Positions 9,020 to 19,060 of a stretch of DNA of 64,000 nucleotides are shown here, one piece after another. The stretch lies in assembly GCA_038231275.1 (NCBI GenBank), contig JBBRLQ010000002.1:320001-384000 (forward strand), given 5' to 3'. Each line of letters opens with the position of its first letter. The stretch's first letter is position 1. The notes beneath the pieces were generated by a model, which saw only the letters and a list, made by a program, of their open reading frames with translations, was not told the origin of the DNA and searched no databases. This DNA is from Polyangiales bacterium (GTDB lineage: Bacteria > Myxococcota_A > Polyangia > Polyangiales > Polyangiaceae). A program made the translations under genes and the position numbers.

Positions 9020-11128
9020 ATGCCCTCTCCCCGACCCTTCTTGGCGCGGGCCTTCACGGTAGCCTCGCTGGCCGCCTTCGTGGCGCTCGCGACAGGGGGC
9101 CTGGGGTGCGGCGGCGCGACGCAGAACGTCCGTGCGTTCCGCGCCTACGCGAACGAGGACCCAAGCATCAAGGTGTCGATCGACCGCGTCGAGGACATCG
9201 CGGTCACGCTGCAGCTGGTCGACAGGATCCTCATCGGCACCAGCTACACGCCGAACGATCTGTGGGTGAAGCGACTGCCGCTCAGCAACTCCGACGCGAA
9301 GCGCATCAAAGAGGAGCTGCACGAGAAGTACCCGTACAACGGCTCCGGCGAGCACGAGGTCCCGATCCTGAAGGTGTACCGGGATCACATCCAGGACACG
9401 TTCCGCGACTACGGACCGCAGCCCGAGAAGGCGAAGTACCCCTCGCTCCTCGACGCCGTCGCCGGCCTGAACCCGCGCACCGGGCAGATTAAGGCGCACT
9501 GGATCGCCTACCGCGACGCGACGCAGAAGCTCGCCGACGCGCACGAGGCCGAGCAGCGCTTGTCGAGCGAGCTCCTCGGCGCGAACGAGCAGGTCCAGAG
9601 GCAGCGCCAGCCCGAGCTCGATCGCGCGCGCGGAAACGTCGCCGCGCAGGCCGCCGCCGTCAACGCCGCGAAGGAGCACGTGCGCCTCGACACCGAGTTG
9701 CTCGCGAGCGATCAAGAGCTCACCAAGGGGGACAAGCAGCAGATCGCCCGCGACGGGTTCGCGGCGCTGTCGGTCTGCTTCCGCGTCGAGCTCGAGGCGC
9801 TGGCGCTGATGCCGATCATCGCCATCCAGACGATCCGCGCGCTCCCCACCGCGCCGAGGGATCTGACGAACAAGCCGAACCTGAAGATCGGCCGGCAGGT
9901 CTACCAGCTGCCGCAGTACATCGCGGGCATCAAAGAGTCGATGAACCGCCAGGCCGAGGTGCTGGAGACGATGACGAACGCGCTCGGAAAGGCGCTAAAA
10001 ACGTCGGTCGACGACAGCCCCGGCTTCGAGCTCACCGAGAGCGTCGTCGATCAGATCGTCGGCATCACGCTCGACTCGTTCCGCATCGATCTGCACGCGG
10101 GGGCCGACGCGTTCATCTACAGCTCGATCGGCACCACCGATCGCTCCGGCGACGACAAGGTCTCCTACGACTACCGCGGCCGGCAGTTCAAGCTCGACTA
10201 CCGCATCGACCCCATCATCCTCGCGTCGGCGCGGCTCGACGTCGTCTTGGACTGGATCCGAATGCCGGGCGTCGCGAACCTCGGGTTCGGGTACGCCACC
10301 GATCGCGTCTGGTCATCGGGCGGAAAGGTCGAGTCGAGCTCGCTCACCGACGCGCTCGGGATCAAGGGCGTCGCGAGCGACGTCATCGACGCCGGCATCG
10401 GCCTGCTCGGCATCCGCTCGAGCGTGAAGCTGGCGACGTTCACGAGCGGCACGCTGCGCCAAGTGCAGGCGACCAATGTCGGCAACGTCGTCGCGACGGC
10501 ACCGCTCCAGCTCAAGTACTCGCAGATCGACGTCGGGTACGACATCCTCTGGGCGCTGAACGACGACAACCTGCGCTCCTTCATGGAGGAGCTCGTCGTG
10601 GGCGGCCGATACATCGACTACAAGCTGCCGCGCATCGTCTACGAGCTGAAGGACACGTCGGCGGTCGCCGGCGAGCAACACTTCACGTTCAACCGCGAGA
10701 GCCCGCCGCAGGTCGTCGACTCGAAGTACTACATGGCGAGCGTGCGCGCGCGGTTCGGCGTGGGCGAGGCGCCGCGGTTGTCGCCGTTCCTCGACGTCGG
10801 CCTCGCGGGCGGCGGCGGGCCCGTCGCGTTCTATTTCTTGCAGCCCGGGATCGCGCCGACCTCGCCCGATGCGGCGCTCGATCAGAACCACGACCACGTC
10901 CGCGAGCTCTCGTGGGTCTTCAACGGCTCGCTGGCGGGCGGCGTCCGCTGGCGCATCCTCCCGCGCGGCTGGCGCTTGCGCCTCGACTTGCGCGCGTCGT
11001 ACCGGGCGGACGTGATCGTGACGGGCGTCCATCGCGAGGCGGCACCCAACGGCGCGGCGCTGCGTACGGACTTTGGATCGTTCGACGTGTTCCATACGCC
11101 GTCGATCGCGTTCCGCGGCGCCTTCTGA
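9020..11128 (+). CDS. Hypothetical lipoprotein with probable C-terminal beta-barrel
   Basis: GLGC lipobox, helical middle, amphipathic beta segments, C-terminal ...SIAFRGAF; start uncertain (8957 or 9020). Confidence 0.6.
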   Translation: MPSPRPFLARAFTVASLAAFVALATGGLGCGGATQNVRAFRAYANEDPSIKVSIDRVEDIAVTLQLVDRILIGTSYTPNDLWVKRLPLSNSDAKRIKEELHEKYPYNGSGEHEVPILKVYRDHIQDTFRDYGPQPEKAKYPSLLDAVAGLNPRTGQIKAHWIAYRDATQKLADAHEAEQRLSSELLGANEQVQRQRQPELDRARGNVAAQAAAVNAAKEHVRLDTELLASDQELTKGDKQQIARDGFAALSVCFRVELEALALMPIIAIQTIRALPTAPRDLTNKPNLKIGRQVYQLPQYIAGIKESMNRQAEVLETMTNALGKALKTSVDDSPGFELTESVVDQIVGITLDSFRIDLHAGADAFIYSSIGTTDRSGDDKVSYDYRGRQFKLDYRIDPIILASARLDVVLDWIRMPGVANLGFGYATDRVWSSGGKVESSSLTDALGIKGVASDVIDAGIGLLGIRSSVKLATFTSGTLRQVQATNVGNVVATAPLQLKYSQIDVGYDILWALNDDNLRSFMEELVVGGRYIDYKLPRIVYELKDTSAVAGEQHFTFNRESPPQVVDSKYYMASVRARFGVGEAPRLSPFLDVGLAGGGGPVAFYFLQPGIAPTSPDAALDQNHDHVRELSWVFNGSLAGGVRWRILPRGWRLRLDLRASYRADVIVTGVHREAAPNGAALRTDFGSFDVFHTPSIAFRGAF

Positions 11129-11208
11129 ATTTCGCCGTAAAATCGGCGGGGCAGGCGGGATGGCGAGGCAGGTGGGACGGGCCACCACCGTATACACGCG
11201 GGCAAACC

Positions 11209-12552
11209 ATGCTCCAGAGCCGCGTCACCAACGAGATTCAGCGGAGCCACACCCACGCAAAGTGCCGACTTCGCGTCCTCTTCGGGCGGCAGGTAGGCCT
11301 CGAGATTCCCCTCCCGGCCGTCGGCGTCGTCATCGGGGCCGACGCGTCCTGCGACGTCGTGCTCGCCGACGAAGCGGTCAGCGCCCGTCACCTGACGGTC
11401 GTTCCGACGCGCGCGGGCTTCGACGTCACCGACACCGGCTCGCGCAACGGCACCTGGCTCGACGGCGTCTCGATCGCACGCGCGACGGTTCCGGTCGGGA
11501 CCACCGTTCGCGTCGGCGGCACATTGCTCCAGCTCCTCCCCGCGGAGGAGCCCATCGACATCGCGCCCAGCGCCTCGTCGCGCTTCGGAGCGATGGTCGG
11601 CAGCAGCCTCGCGATGCGACGTATCTACGCGCTGCTCGAGCGCGCGAGCGCGTCGGACGCGCCGATCTTGTTCCTCGGCGAGAGCGGCACCGGCAAAGAG
11701 CTCGCGGCGCGCGGTGTGCACGATCACGGGCGCCGCAAGAACGACCCGTTCGTCGTCTTCGACTGCGGCGCCGCGAGCGAGACGCTCATCGAGAGCGATC
11801 TGTTCGGTCACGTGCGCGGCTCGTTCACCGGCGCGCACGCCGATCGCCCGGGGGCATTCGCGCTCGCCGACAAGGGGACGCTGTTCCTCGACGAGATCGG
11901 CGACCTGCCGCTGTCGCTCCAGCCGAAGCTCCTCCGCCTGCTCGAGAGCGGCGAGGTGACCCCGCTCGGCGCAAGGCGCGCGGAGAAGTACGACGTACGC
12001 ATCGTCGCGGCGACGCACCGCGATCTCTGGGGCGAGGTCGGGCGTGGCACCTTCCGCGGCGATTTGTACTACCGCCTCGCGGTCGTCGAAGCCCACTTGC
12101 CGCCGCTGCGCGGTCGCCCGGACGACATCGCCGATCTCGCGAAGGTCTTCCTGGAGAAGAACCGCTTCGCCGGACCGATCTCGCGCGGACGGAACCTCGA
12201 GCGGCTCATGGCGTACGGGTGGCCTGGGAATGTCCGCGAGCTGCGCAACGTGGTGACGCGCGGCGTGGCGCTGGCGGCCCCCGGAGCGACGTTCGAGCAG
12301 CTGCCGTTCCTGCTCCGCGCGACGTCGAACGATCTCGCGCCCGCGCCGCTGGGGCGCGCAGACATTCCGTACCACGACGCCAAGTCCGCGCTCATCTCGC
12401 GCTTCGACAAGGAGTACCTCGCGGATCTCCTGCGGCGCGCCGAGTCGAACCTGTCGCAGGCCGCGCGCCTCGCCGGGCTCGAGCGCAAGTACCTCTACAA
12501 GGTGCTCGAGCGCGCAGACATGCTCCCGTCGCGTCTCCGCGCCGAGGCGTGA
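11209..12552 (+). CDS. FHA-domain sigma54-dependent Fis-family transcriptional activator
   Basis: VSARH...D.GSRNGT (FHA), GESGTGKE, GSFTGA (GAFTGA variant), LFLDEIG, WPGNVRELRN, C-terminal HTH. Confidence 0.93.
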   Translation: MLQSRVTNEIQRSHTHAKCRLRVLFGRQVGLEIPLPAVGVVIGADASCDVVLADEAVSARHLTVVPTRAGFDVTDTGSRNGTWLDGVSIARATVPVGTTVRVGGTLLQLLPAEEPIDIAPSASSRFGAMVGSSLAMRRIYALLERASASDAPILFLGESGTGKELAARGVHDHGRRKNDPFVVFDCGAASETLIESDLFGHVRGSFTGAHADRPGAFALADKGTLFLDEIGDLPLSLQPKLLRLLESGEVTPLGARRAEKYDVRIVAATHRDLWGEVGRGTFRGDLYYRLAVVEAHLPPLRGRPDDIADLAKVFLEKNRFAGPISRGRNLERLMAYGWPGNVRELRNVVTRGVALAAPGATFEQLPFLLRATSNDLAPAPLGRADIPYHDAKSALISRFDKEYLADLLRRAESNLSQAARLAGLERKYLYKVLERADMLPSRLRAEA

Positions 12553-12571
12553 GCCGGCGCGCGCGTGCTCG

Positions 12572-13765
12572 TCACTCGCGCACCTTCTCCTGACGCTTGA
12601 ACCGCGCGAGGTGGTCCTCGTAGGCCGGCCGCATCTCGGCGTCGTTCGGCCCCAAGCCAAGGACGAGCTTCTCCTGCGTGGCCACCGCCTCGTCCCACCG
12701 CCCCGCCTCGGCGAAGGCGGCCGCGAGCGTGTCCACGTACTCCGGCTTCCTGTCCTCGGCGACCGCCCTCTCCGCCCATTCGACCGCTCCCGCGCCGTCG
12801 CGCAGCGCGTCCTCGCGCGCGGTCGCCAGCGTCCACGCGAGGCCGTTCATCGCGTCCGCGTCGCCAAATGCCGCCGCTCTTCGGAGGAGCTCGAGCCCCT
12901 TTCCGCGCGTCTCCGGGTAGTGCGCGAGCAAATTTCCGTACTGTCCCTCGGCGTGCGCGTCGCCCTTCTCGACCCCCTCGCGCATCTCGTCGATCGACAA
13001 GAGCGCGCTGCGTACGCGCCAGCGCTCCGACCATGGCATCCATACGCACGACACGATCGCGCCGACGAGCGCGAGCGCGCCGAACGCCGCTCCCAATGCC
13101 CGCCCGGCGGCTCCGAACCAGCGCGCCGCCGGCGCTTCGACGACGAGGCCCACCGCGAGCCCGAACACGAGACCGGCCACGTGCGCGGCGTTCCCGACGT
13201 TCCACTTTTTCGCGACCGTGAGCACGATGCAGAGGAGGAGCCACCCGAGCATCCACGCGATCGTGCTGCCGCCGCGAACGAACGCGGCGTACCGCGGATT
13301 TCCACGGCTCCGCGCCCAGGCGTAGCCGAAGAGCGCATACACGACGCCCGAAAATCCAATGCCCGTCTCCGATGAGGTGAGGAGCTGCCACCCCGAGCTC
13401 ACGAAGGCCGCTGCGACGAGGAACGCGAGGTACCGCATCGACCCCATGTCGCGCTCGATCAACACGCCGAACGATCGAGCCCACATCATGTTGAAGAGGA
13501 TGTGCCACGCCGTCTGGTGGACGATCGCCGTCGTCACGAGGCCCCACACCGCCCCATGCCAGATCGCGGGCGCGCTCGGCGACAGCTTTCGCATCAACGC
13601 GGGGCCCTGCGCCGGCGCGAAATTCAGGACGAGACAGACGATCACCGAGGCCGCGATCACGAGGAGCGTCACCGGCGGCGTGGGGGGACGCGGCGCGGGC
13701 GCGGGCTGCGGCGGCTTCCGCAGATCGTCGGGCAGGTCGACGCGCACCGGTCCCTCTGGGCTCAT
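12572..13765 (-). CDS. Rhomboid intramembrane serine protease with C-terminal TPR/Sel1-like region
   Basis: H....HILFNM, GFSG catalytic Ser, NAAHVAG catalytic His; NGLAW.LAT...DTLAAAFAEAG TPR. Confidence 0.88.
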   Translation of the reverse strand: MSPEGPVRVDLPDDLRKPPQPAPAPRPPTPPVTLLVIAASVIVCLVLNFAPAQGPALMRKLSPSAPAIWHGAVWGLVTTAIVHQTAWHILFNMMWARSFGVLIERDMGSMRYLAFLVAAAFVSSGWQLLTSSETGIGFSGVVYALFGYAWARSRGNPRYAAFVRGGSTIAWMLGWLLLCIVLTVAKKWNVGNAAHVAGLVFGLAVGLVVEAPAARWFGAAGRALGAAFGALALVGAIVSCVWMPWSERWRVRSALLSIDEMREGVEKGDAHAEGQYGNLLAHYPETRGKGLELLRRAAAFGDADAMNGLAWTLATAREDALRDGAGAVEWAERAVAEDRKPEYVDTLAAAFAEAGRWDEAVATQEKLVLGLGPNDAEMRPAYEDHLARFKRQEKVRE

Positions 13766-13778
13766 GACCCCTCGAAGG

Positions 13779-15086
13779 CTACGCTCCTACCTTCGTTCGC
13801 GCCTCGTCCATCGTCCTCTTTGCCGTGGCGCGCAGCCCGCGAAGGGCCGCGATGCGTGAGCTTGGGACGAGAAGACGGAGCGACCCGAAGAAGCGCGACG
13901 AGCGATCGGTCCACGCGAGGGCGGCAAACGGCGCGAGGACGATCGCGAGCGCGGCGAGCGCGGCGAGGCGCGCGGGCAAGTACGCGAACGCGAGCGCCAC
14001 GTAGATCGCCGCGAACAGCGGGTGAACGATGAGCCCGGCGCCGAGCTTGTACGTCGACACGACGTCCTGCGTGCCGCGCGACAGGTGCAACGCGATGCGA
14101 GGGAGCTGGTACGGCACGAAATAGAGGACCACGCCGAGGAGCGCGAGGGGCGACGTGACGAGCAAAGCCACGGCGCGCGCCACGCGATCGGGGCTCAGCG
14201 TGAAGCCGCCGTGCACGAGCTGATCGTCGGCGATTCCGGTCTGTTCGAGCGCCGCGTAGTACGCGGACACCTCACGATCGAGGCGCGCGTACAGCGCGTC
14301 GCCGGGCGAAAGTGCCTTCCTCGCTTCCTCGACGCGCCGACCGATCTCGTTCCACTTGGCGAGTGAGCGTTCTCCTCCCCCTTCTTCTTCCTCGCTGTCG
14401 GTCACGAACATCTCGGCCACGCGCGCGATGAGCAGACGCTCGTCCCACGTGGCCCCCTCGACGAGCAGCTCGGACAGATCCTGCCTCACGCGCTCGGTGA
14501 TCGCCGCCGCCAGATCATCGCCGCCTTTGGCGATCGCATCGACGTCGCGCACCGGTCCGAAGACGAGGAGCGCGCGTGACCGAAACGTCGTCCGCGCGTC
14601 GAACTCCAGGGCGACGGCCTGAAACGAGAGGCCCGCCTTTGACGGCTGCGCGCGCGCGAGCATGCGACCGGCGCCGCTGCGCAACCCAAGGAGGTGCGGC
14701 TCGTTGTGACTCGTCCCCTCGGGGAAGATGAGGATGTTCCCGCCGCCCGCGAGGTGATCTTTCACTTTGTCGAAGACCTCGTCGTTCTGCGCGGCCGTCT
14801 TTTTCGGATCGTCGCGGCGCCGCACGATCGGCACCGCGTCGACGGCCTCGAGCAGCCAACGAAGGCCAGGGATCTTCCATAGCGTGCTCTTGCCGATCGG
14901 AGAGAGATCGCACGGCGCCATCACGAGAACGAGCGTGGGGTCGACGAGGCCGTTGACGTGGTTGCCGCAGAAGATGCGGCCGTGCGTTGCGCGCGAGGGG
15001 ACGTCGCCGATGACCTCGATCCGACGAAAGTACGTCGTCATCACGCGCCGGAAGAGGAGGCGCAGCGCGGTGCGGACCACCTTCAT
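13779..15086 (-). CDS. Phospholipid/glycerol acyltransferase (PlsC-like) with C-terminal TM helices
   Basis: NHVNGLVDP (HX4D), IFPEGTSH. Confidence 0.88.
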   Translation of the reverse strand: MKVVRTALRLLFRRVMTTYFRRIEVIGDVPSRATHGRIFCGNHVNGLVDPTLVLVMAPCDLSPIGKSTLWKIPGLRWLLEAVDAVPIVRRRDDPKKTAAQNDEVFDKVKDHLAGGGNILIFPEGTSHNEPHLLGLRSGAGRMLARAQPSKAGLSFQAVALEFDARTTFRSRALLVFGPVRDVDAIAKGGDDLAAAITERVRQDLSELLVEGATWDERLLIARVAEMFVTDSEEEEGGGERSLAKWNEIGRRVEEARKALSPGDALYARLDREVSAYYAALEQTGIADDQLVHGGFTLSPDRVARAVALLVTSPLALLGVVLYFVPYQLPRIALHLSRGTQDVVSTYKLGAGLIVHPLFAAIYVALAFAYLPARLAALAALAIVLAPFAALAWTDRSSRFFGSLRLLVPSSRIAALRGLRATAKRTMDEARTKVGA

Positions 15087-15105
15087 CGGCGCCCCCCGTC
15101 GCCCT

Positions 15106-15537
15106 TCAACCGAGCGGGCCGGGAAGCTCGAGACCCAGCGCGAGCTTTCCCAACGCCGCATCGAGCGCCTGACGGTCTTCGCTCGTCCCGGCGAGACCGG
15201 GGACGCCCGCCTTCGTCGCCAGGTACACGATGCACGCCGCCTCGATCGGCGTGAGCTCGATCGTCCGTTCGAGCCGCAGGCTCTCGATCCGGTAGCGGAG
15301 CACCGCGCTGCCGTCGAGACTCCGCGACAGAGTCACGTTGGACGCGTCCAGGCGCGCCGACGCCAGCTGCCGCACGGCGCCGCGGATCGTCGCCGCCCGG
15401 GCGCGCGCGCGCTTCACCGCCGGTTCTTTGTAGGATGCAAACATTCGATTCCGCGCGTAGACGTTGGGCGCGACGGCCATCGCGGCGGTGAGCGAGCCCT
15501 CGTCGAGGAGCGCGCGCGGGAAGGCGTGCGCGATCAC
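15106..15537 (-). CDS. Hypothetical protein coupled to prfA
   Basis: GTG start overlapping the prfA TGA; protein-like composition. Confidence 0.6.
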   Translation of the reverse strand: MIAHAFPRALLDEGSLTAAMAVAPNVYARNRMFASYKEPAVKRARARAATIRGAVRQLASARLDASNVTLSRSLDGSAVLRYRIESLRLERTIELTPIEAACIVYLATKAGVPGLAGTSEDRQALDAALGKLALGLELPGPLG

Positions 15538-16640
15538 TCGTCGTCCTCGCCGCCGAGCGTGGCGATCGGGCCGCCTCCGCTGGCGAATTGGAGCAGCGCA
15601 GCTTGCCGGTGGGTGCGCAGTGCCGTGATGAGCTCGCCCAGGTCCCCCTCGATGATGCGATCGAGCTTGTTCAACGTGAGCCGGATGCGGTGATCGCTCA
15701 CCCGGTTCTGCGGGTAGTTGTACGTGCGGATCTTCTGGCTGCGCTCGCCGGTCCCGACCATGCCGCGACGCTCGGCGGCCTCGGCGGCCTCCTTCTTCTC
15801 GCGCTCGATGTCGAAGAGGCGGCTCTTCAGCACCTTCATGGCCTTCGCCTTGTTCTTCAGCTGCGAGCGCTCGTCCTGGCACTTGACGATGATGCCGGTC
15901 GGCCTGTGCAGGAGCTGGACGGCGCTGTTCGTCGTGTTGACGCCCTGCCCGCCCGGTCCGCCGCTCGCGGCGATCGAGACCTCGAGGTCCTTCTCGTCGA
16001 GCTGCACGTCCACGTCCTCGGCCTCGGGCAAGACAGCGACGGTTGCAGTCGACGTGTGGATGCGCCCTTGCGTCTCGGTCGCGGGGACGCGCTGGACGCG
16101 ATGCACGCCGCCCTCGAAGCGCATCATCGCGAAGACATCCTTGCCGGTCATGAGCGCGATGCACTCTTTGATGCCGCCGCTCTGGCTCTCGCTGAGGCTC
16201 AGCACCTCGATTTTCCAGCCGAGCGTCTCGGCATAACGCGAGTACATGCGGAAGAGGTCGGCCGCGAAGAGGGACGCCTCTTCCCCGCCCTCACCCCCAC
16301 GGATCTCGAGGATGATGTTCTTCTTCTCGTTCGGATCCTGCGGCAAGAGCAGGAGCTGGATCGCCTTCTCGAGCGCCCCCTTCTCCTGGTTCAGCTCGGG
16401 AAGCTCCAGCTGCGCGAGCTCCTTGAGATCGGGATCGGCGAGGGCGTCTTCGTCGTCTTTGATCTTCTTCAGGAGCTCGCGGTAGCGCGAGAACTGGTTC
16501 ACGACCGGCTCGATCTCGCTGCGCTCCTTGTTCAGCGAGCCGAGCTTCTGGCGGTCACCGAGGACCGAGGGCTGACACAGGAGGTCGTCGAGTTCGACGT
16601 ACCTGCGTGAGAGCTGCTCGAGCTTCTCGATCGGGAGCAT
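15534..16640 (-). CDS. prfA: Peptide chain release factor 1
   Basis: GVHRVQRVPATE (PxT), GRIHTS, GGPGGQ, RTYNYPQNRV. Confidence 0.97.
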   Translation of the reverse strand: MLPIEKLEQLSRRYVELDDLLCQPSVLGDRQKLGSLNKERSEIEPVVNQFSRYRELLKKIKDDEDALADPDLKELAQLELPELNQEKGALEKAIQLLLLPQDPNEKKNIILEIRGGEGGEEASLFAADLFRMYSRYAETLGWKIEVLSLSESQSGGIKECIALMTGKDVFAMMRFEGGVHRVQRVPATETQGRIHTSTATVAVLPEAEDVDVQLDEKDLEVSIAASGGPGGQGVNTTNSAVQLLHRPTGIIVKCQDERSQLKNKAKAMKVLKSRLFDIEREKKEAAEAAERRGMVGTGERSQKIRTYNYPQNRVSDHRIRLTLNKLDRIIEGDLGELITALRTHRQAALLQFASGGGPIATLGGEDDE

Positions 16641-16672
16641 GTTCGGTCCAGACTACCAGACGTCGCCGCGAC

Positions 16673-17794
16673 TCACGCAGCGACGCGCAGCCGATCCGCG
16701 TTGGCGATTTCGCCGTAGGTCGCGAAGGAGACGTCGTCCGACCCCTCTCCGTTCGCACCGGACTCGCGGAAGAGCGTGACGCGGAGCGACGCGAGCGCGA
16801 CCTCGAGCTGCGCGTCGTCGGGCTCGATCGTGGTGATCTTCTGGACGAGGAAGCCGGGCCACAAGAGGGCCCGCAGCGGTCCGGTTGTACAATAGCGGGC
16901 GAAGACGCGCTGGAGCTCGAACGTGAAGCCGGTGATGACGGGCAAGAACGGCAGCTTCTCGAGGAAGAAGATCACGTTGTCGAGGACGCCGTTGCCCGTC
17001 TCGATCCGCGGCAAAAACGAGCCGATCGCGGTAAAGACGAGGATCGACACGAGCGCGACCATCACGAGGAACGTGGTGCCGCAGCGCGGGTGGAGCGTCG
17101 TCTTCTTCCTCGCGTTGGCGACCACGAGCTCCTCTTCGGCCTCGTAGGTGCTGATCGTCTTGTGCTCGGCGCCGTGGTACTGAAAAACGCGCCGGATGTC
17201 CGCCACGCGGCGGATGAGGAGCAGGTAGCCGACGACGATCGAGAGCTTGAAGGCTCCCGTGACGACCTGGAACGCGGGCGACTGCACCTGGAGGCCGAGG
17301 CCCAACCCCTTGTTGAGGCCGGCCGCCGCGATCTGCGGGAGCGCGATCAGGAAGACGATCGCGACGACGAGCATGATGCCCATCGGGCCTTTCTTCTTGT
17401 CGCCCTTCTCGCCGCCGCCCGAAACGCTCTCGCCGTCGGCGGCGGTCACCAAGGTGAAGAGCGTCATGCCGAGCGCCAGAAGGATGTTCGTGACGCCGCC
17501 GGTCTTGGCCTTCGCCTCGCGCTCCTCCTCGTCGAGGTCCTTCTCCATTTGCGTGGCGGAGAAGCGGAGCGCTTCGCTGCCGAGCTTCAGCGACTCGACG
17601 AGCGACGCGATGCCGCGGAAGAAGGGCAGCTTGCCGAGGCTCGAGCGCTCCTCGATGACGGCGCGTTCGCGGACGAGCAGCGACCCGTCACGCCGCCGGA
17701 CGACGACGGCGAACGAATGGGGCGCGCGCATCATGACCCCCTCGAGGACGGCCTGGCCGCCGATGTAGGGGCGCTGCTCTACGGGTTCGGGCAT
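16673..17794 (-). CDS. DUF1385 domain membrane protein
   Basis: IGGQAVLEGVMM, FQYHGAEHK, HPRCGTTF; usual position between rpmE and prfA. Confidence 0.9.
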   Translation of the reverse strand: MPEPVEQRPYIGGQAVLEGVMMRAPHSFAVVVRRRDGSLLVRERAVIEERSSLGKLPFFRGIASLVESLKLGSEALRFSATQMEKDLDEEEREAKAKTGGVTNILLALGMTLFTLVTAADGESVSGGGEKGDKKKGPMGIMLVVAIVFLIALPQIAAAGLNKGLGLGLQVQSPAFQVVTGAFKLSIVVGYLLLIRRVADIRRVFQYHGAEHKTISTYEAEEELVVANARKKTTLHPRCGTTFLVMVALVSILVFTAIGSFLPRIETGNGVLDNVIFFLEKLPFLPVITGFTFELQRVFARYCTTGPLRALLWPGFLVQKITTIEPDDAQLEVALASLRVTLFRESGANGEGSDDVSFATYGEIANADRLRVAA

Positions 17795-17872
17795 TTGCAG
17801 TGAGTATAGCCACGGTCGGGGGCCCGCGCGTAGCCGCGCTGCCCCCGAAATGCCTCGGTGCGGATTCGGAGA

Positions 17873-18157
17873 TTATTCCGAGGGCTGCTCGGCTGCCGGC
17901 TCTGCCGCAGCGGGATCCGCTGCTGCCGGGGTCGCCGCCGCGGGGGCAGCTGCGCCGCCCTTCTTCTCGTAGCGCTTGCGGAAGCGATCGATACGGCCCG
18001 CCGCATCGAGGAGCTTCTGGGTGCCGGTGTAGAAGGGGTGGCACGCCGAGCAAACGTCGACCTGAAAGTCCCCGCGCGTCGAGTGAGTGATGAACGAGCT
18101 GCCGCAGGCGCAAGCGATGGTGGCGGCCGGATAATCCGGATGAATGCCTTCTCTCAT
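17873..18157 (-). CDS. rpmE: 50S ribosomal protein L31 (Zn-binding type)
   Basis: MREGIHPDY...CACG...CSACHPFYTG.QK..D.AGRIDRF. Confidence 0.96.
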   Translation of the reverse strand: MREGIHPDYPAATIACACGSSFITHSTRGDFQVDVCSACHPFYTGTQKLLDAAGRIDRFRKRYEKKGGAAAPAAATPAAADPAAAEPAAEQPSE

Positions 18158-18201
18158 AACCAAATGCTCCTGACACCTTCCGTAGATAGGAAGGGAGGGG
18201 A

Positions 18202-18242
18202 TTCATAGTCACTGAGGAGCGTGCTTGCAAGAGCACGCTCCT
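18202..18242 (-). promoter_or_regulatory. Putative sigma70 promoter of rpmE overlapped by an 11-bp perfect inverted repeat
   Basis: Minus strand TTGCAA-N17-TATGAA; AGGAGCGTGCT-N6-AGCACGCTCCT at 18215-18242. Confidence 0.5.
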
Positions 18243-18364
18243 GGAAGAGAGAATTTACTTGGTTTTTTGGGCCTTGCAGGCCCCTCCACGCCCCAGGAGG
18301 GCGCGGAGCCCTCCCCGGATCGCCAGCGGCGACGCCCCGCTAACGCGCGACGGAACAGGCGAGA

Positions 18365-18895
18365 TCAGAACGGGATTTCATCGTCGCCGCCAAATCCGCC
18401 GCCGCCGGCGTAGTCGTCGTCGTGGCTGGCGGGGGGACCAGAAGCAGGAGCAGAGGCGGGCTGAGCTTGGGGGGCCCGGGCCGCGGCGGGGCGTTCGCGG
18501 GAGGCGGAGCCGTAGTTGGAACCGCCGCCGCCGCCACCCTCCTCACGCTCGGCGCCGCCGCTGCGACGGCTGCCGGCGAGGATGATGTTGTTGGCGACGA
18601 CTTCGGTGCGGTACCGCTTCTCGCCGTCCTTCTCGTAGCTGCTCGTGCGGATCGAGCCCTCGACGAAGATGCTCGAGCCCTTGCCGAGGATCTTCGACAG
18701 CGCCTCGCCGCGCTTGCCCCAGACGGTGATCTGGTGCCACTCGGTGCGCTCCTGGCGCGTGTTGCTCTTGTCGAGGTAGCTCTCGGTCGTGGCGAGGCGG
18801 AGCTTCAGCACCGACTGCCCGCCGGGCGTGACGCGCAGCTCCGGATCCGCGCCGAGGTTTCCGAGGAGCAGCACCTTGTTCAAGCCTTCCGCCAT
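18365..18895 (-). CDS. ssb: Single-stranded DNA-binding protein
   Basis: LNKVLLLGNLGADPE, TEWH, acidic tail DDEIPF. Confidence 0.97.
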   Translation of the reverse strand: MAEGLNKVLLLGNLGADPELRVTPGGQSVLKLRLATTESYLDKSNTRQERTEWHQITVWGKRGEALSKILGKGSSIFVEGSIRTSSYEKDGEKRYRTEVVANNIILAGSRRSGGAEREEGGGGGGSNYGSASRERPAAARAPQAQPASAPASGPPASHDDDYAGGGGFGGDDEIPF

Positions 18896-19060
18896 GAGTC
18901 GACCTCCGGAAAGGCCCAACCGGCTTTTGCCGGTCAGGCCTGAGGCGCGAACCATCTCCTTTGCGGGGCCTCCCGTCAACGGTGCGCGGGCGCGCGAAAC
19001 GCTGTTTTGGAACACCAGAAGCTTTCCGCTCGTTCTCCTTTGGATTAAAGGTCGTCTCCC

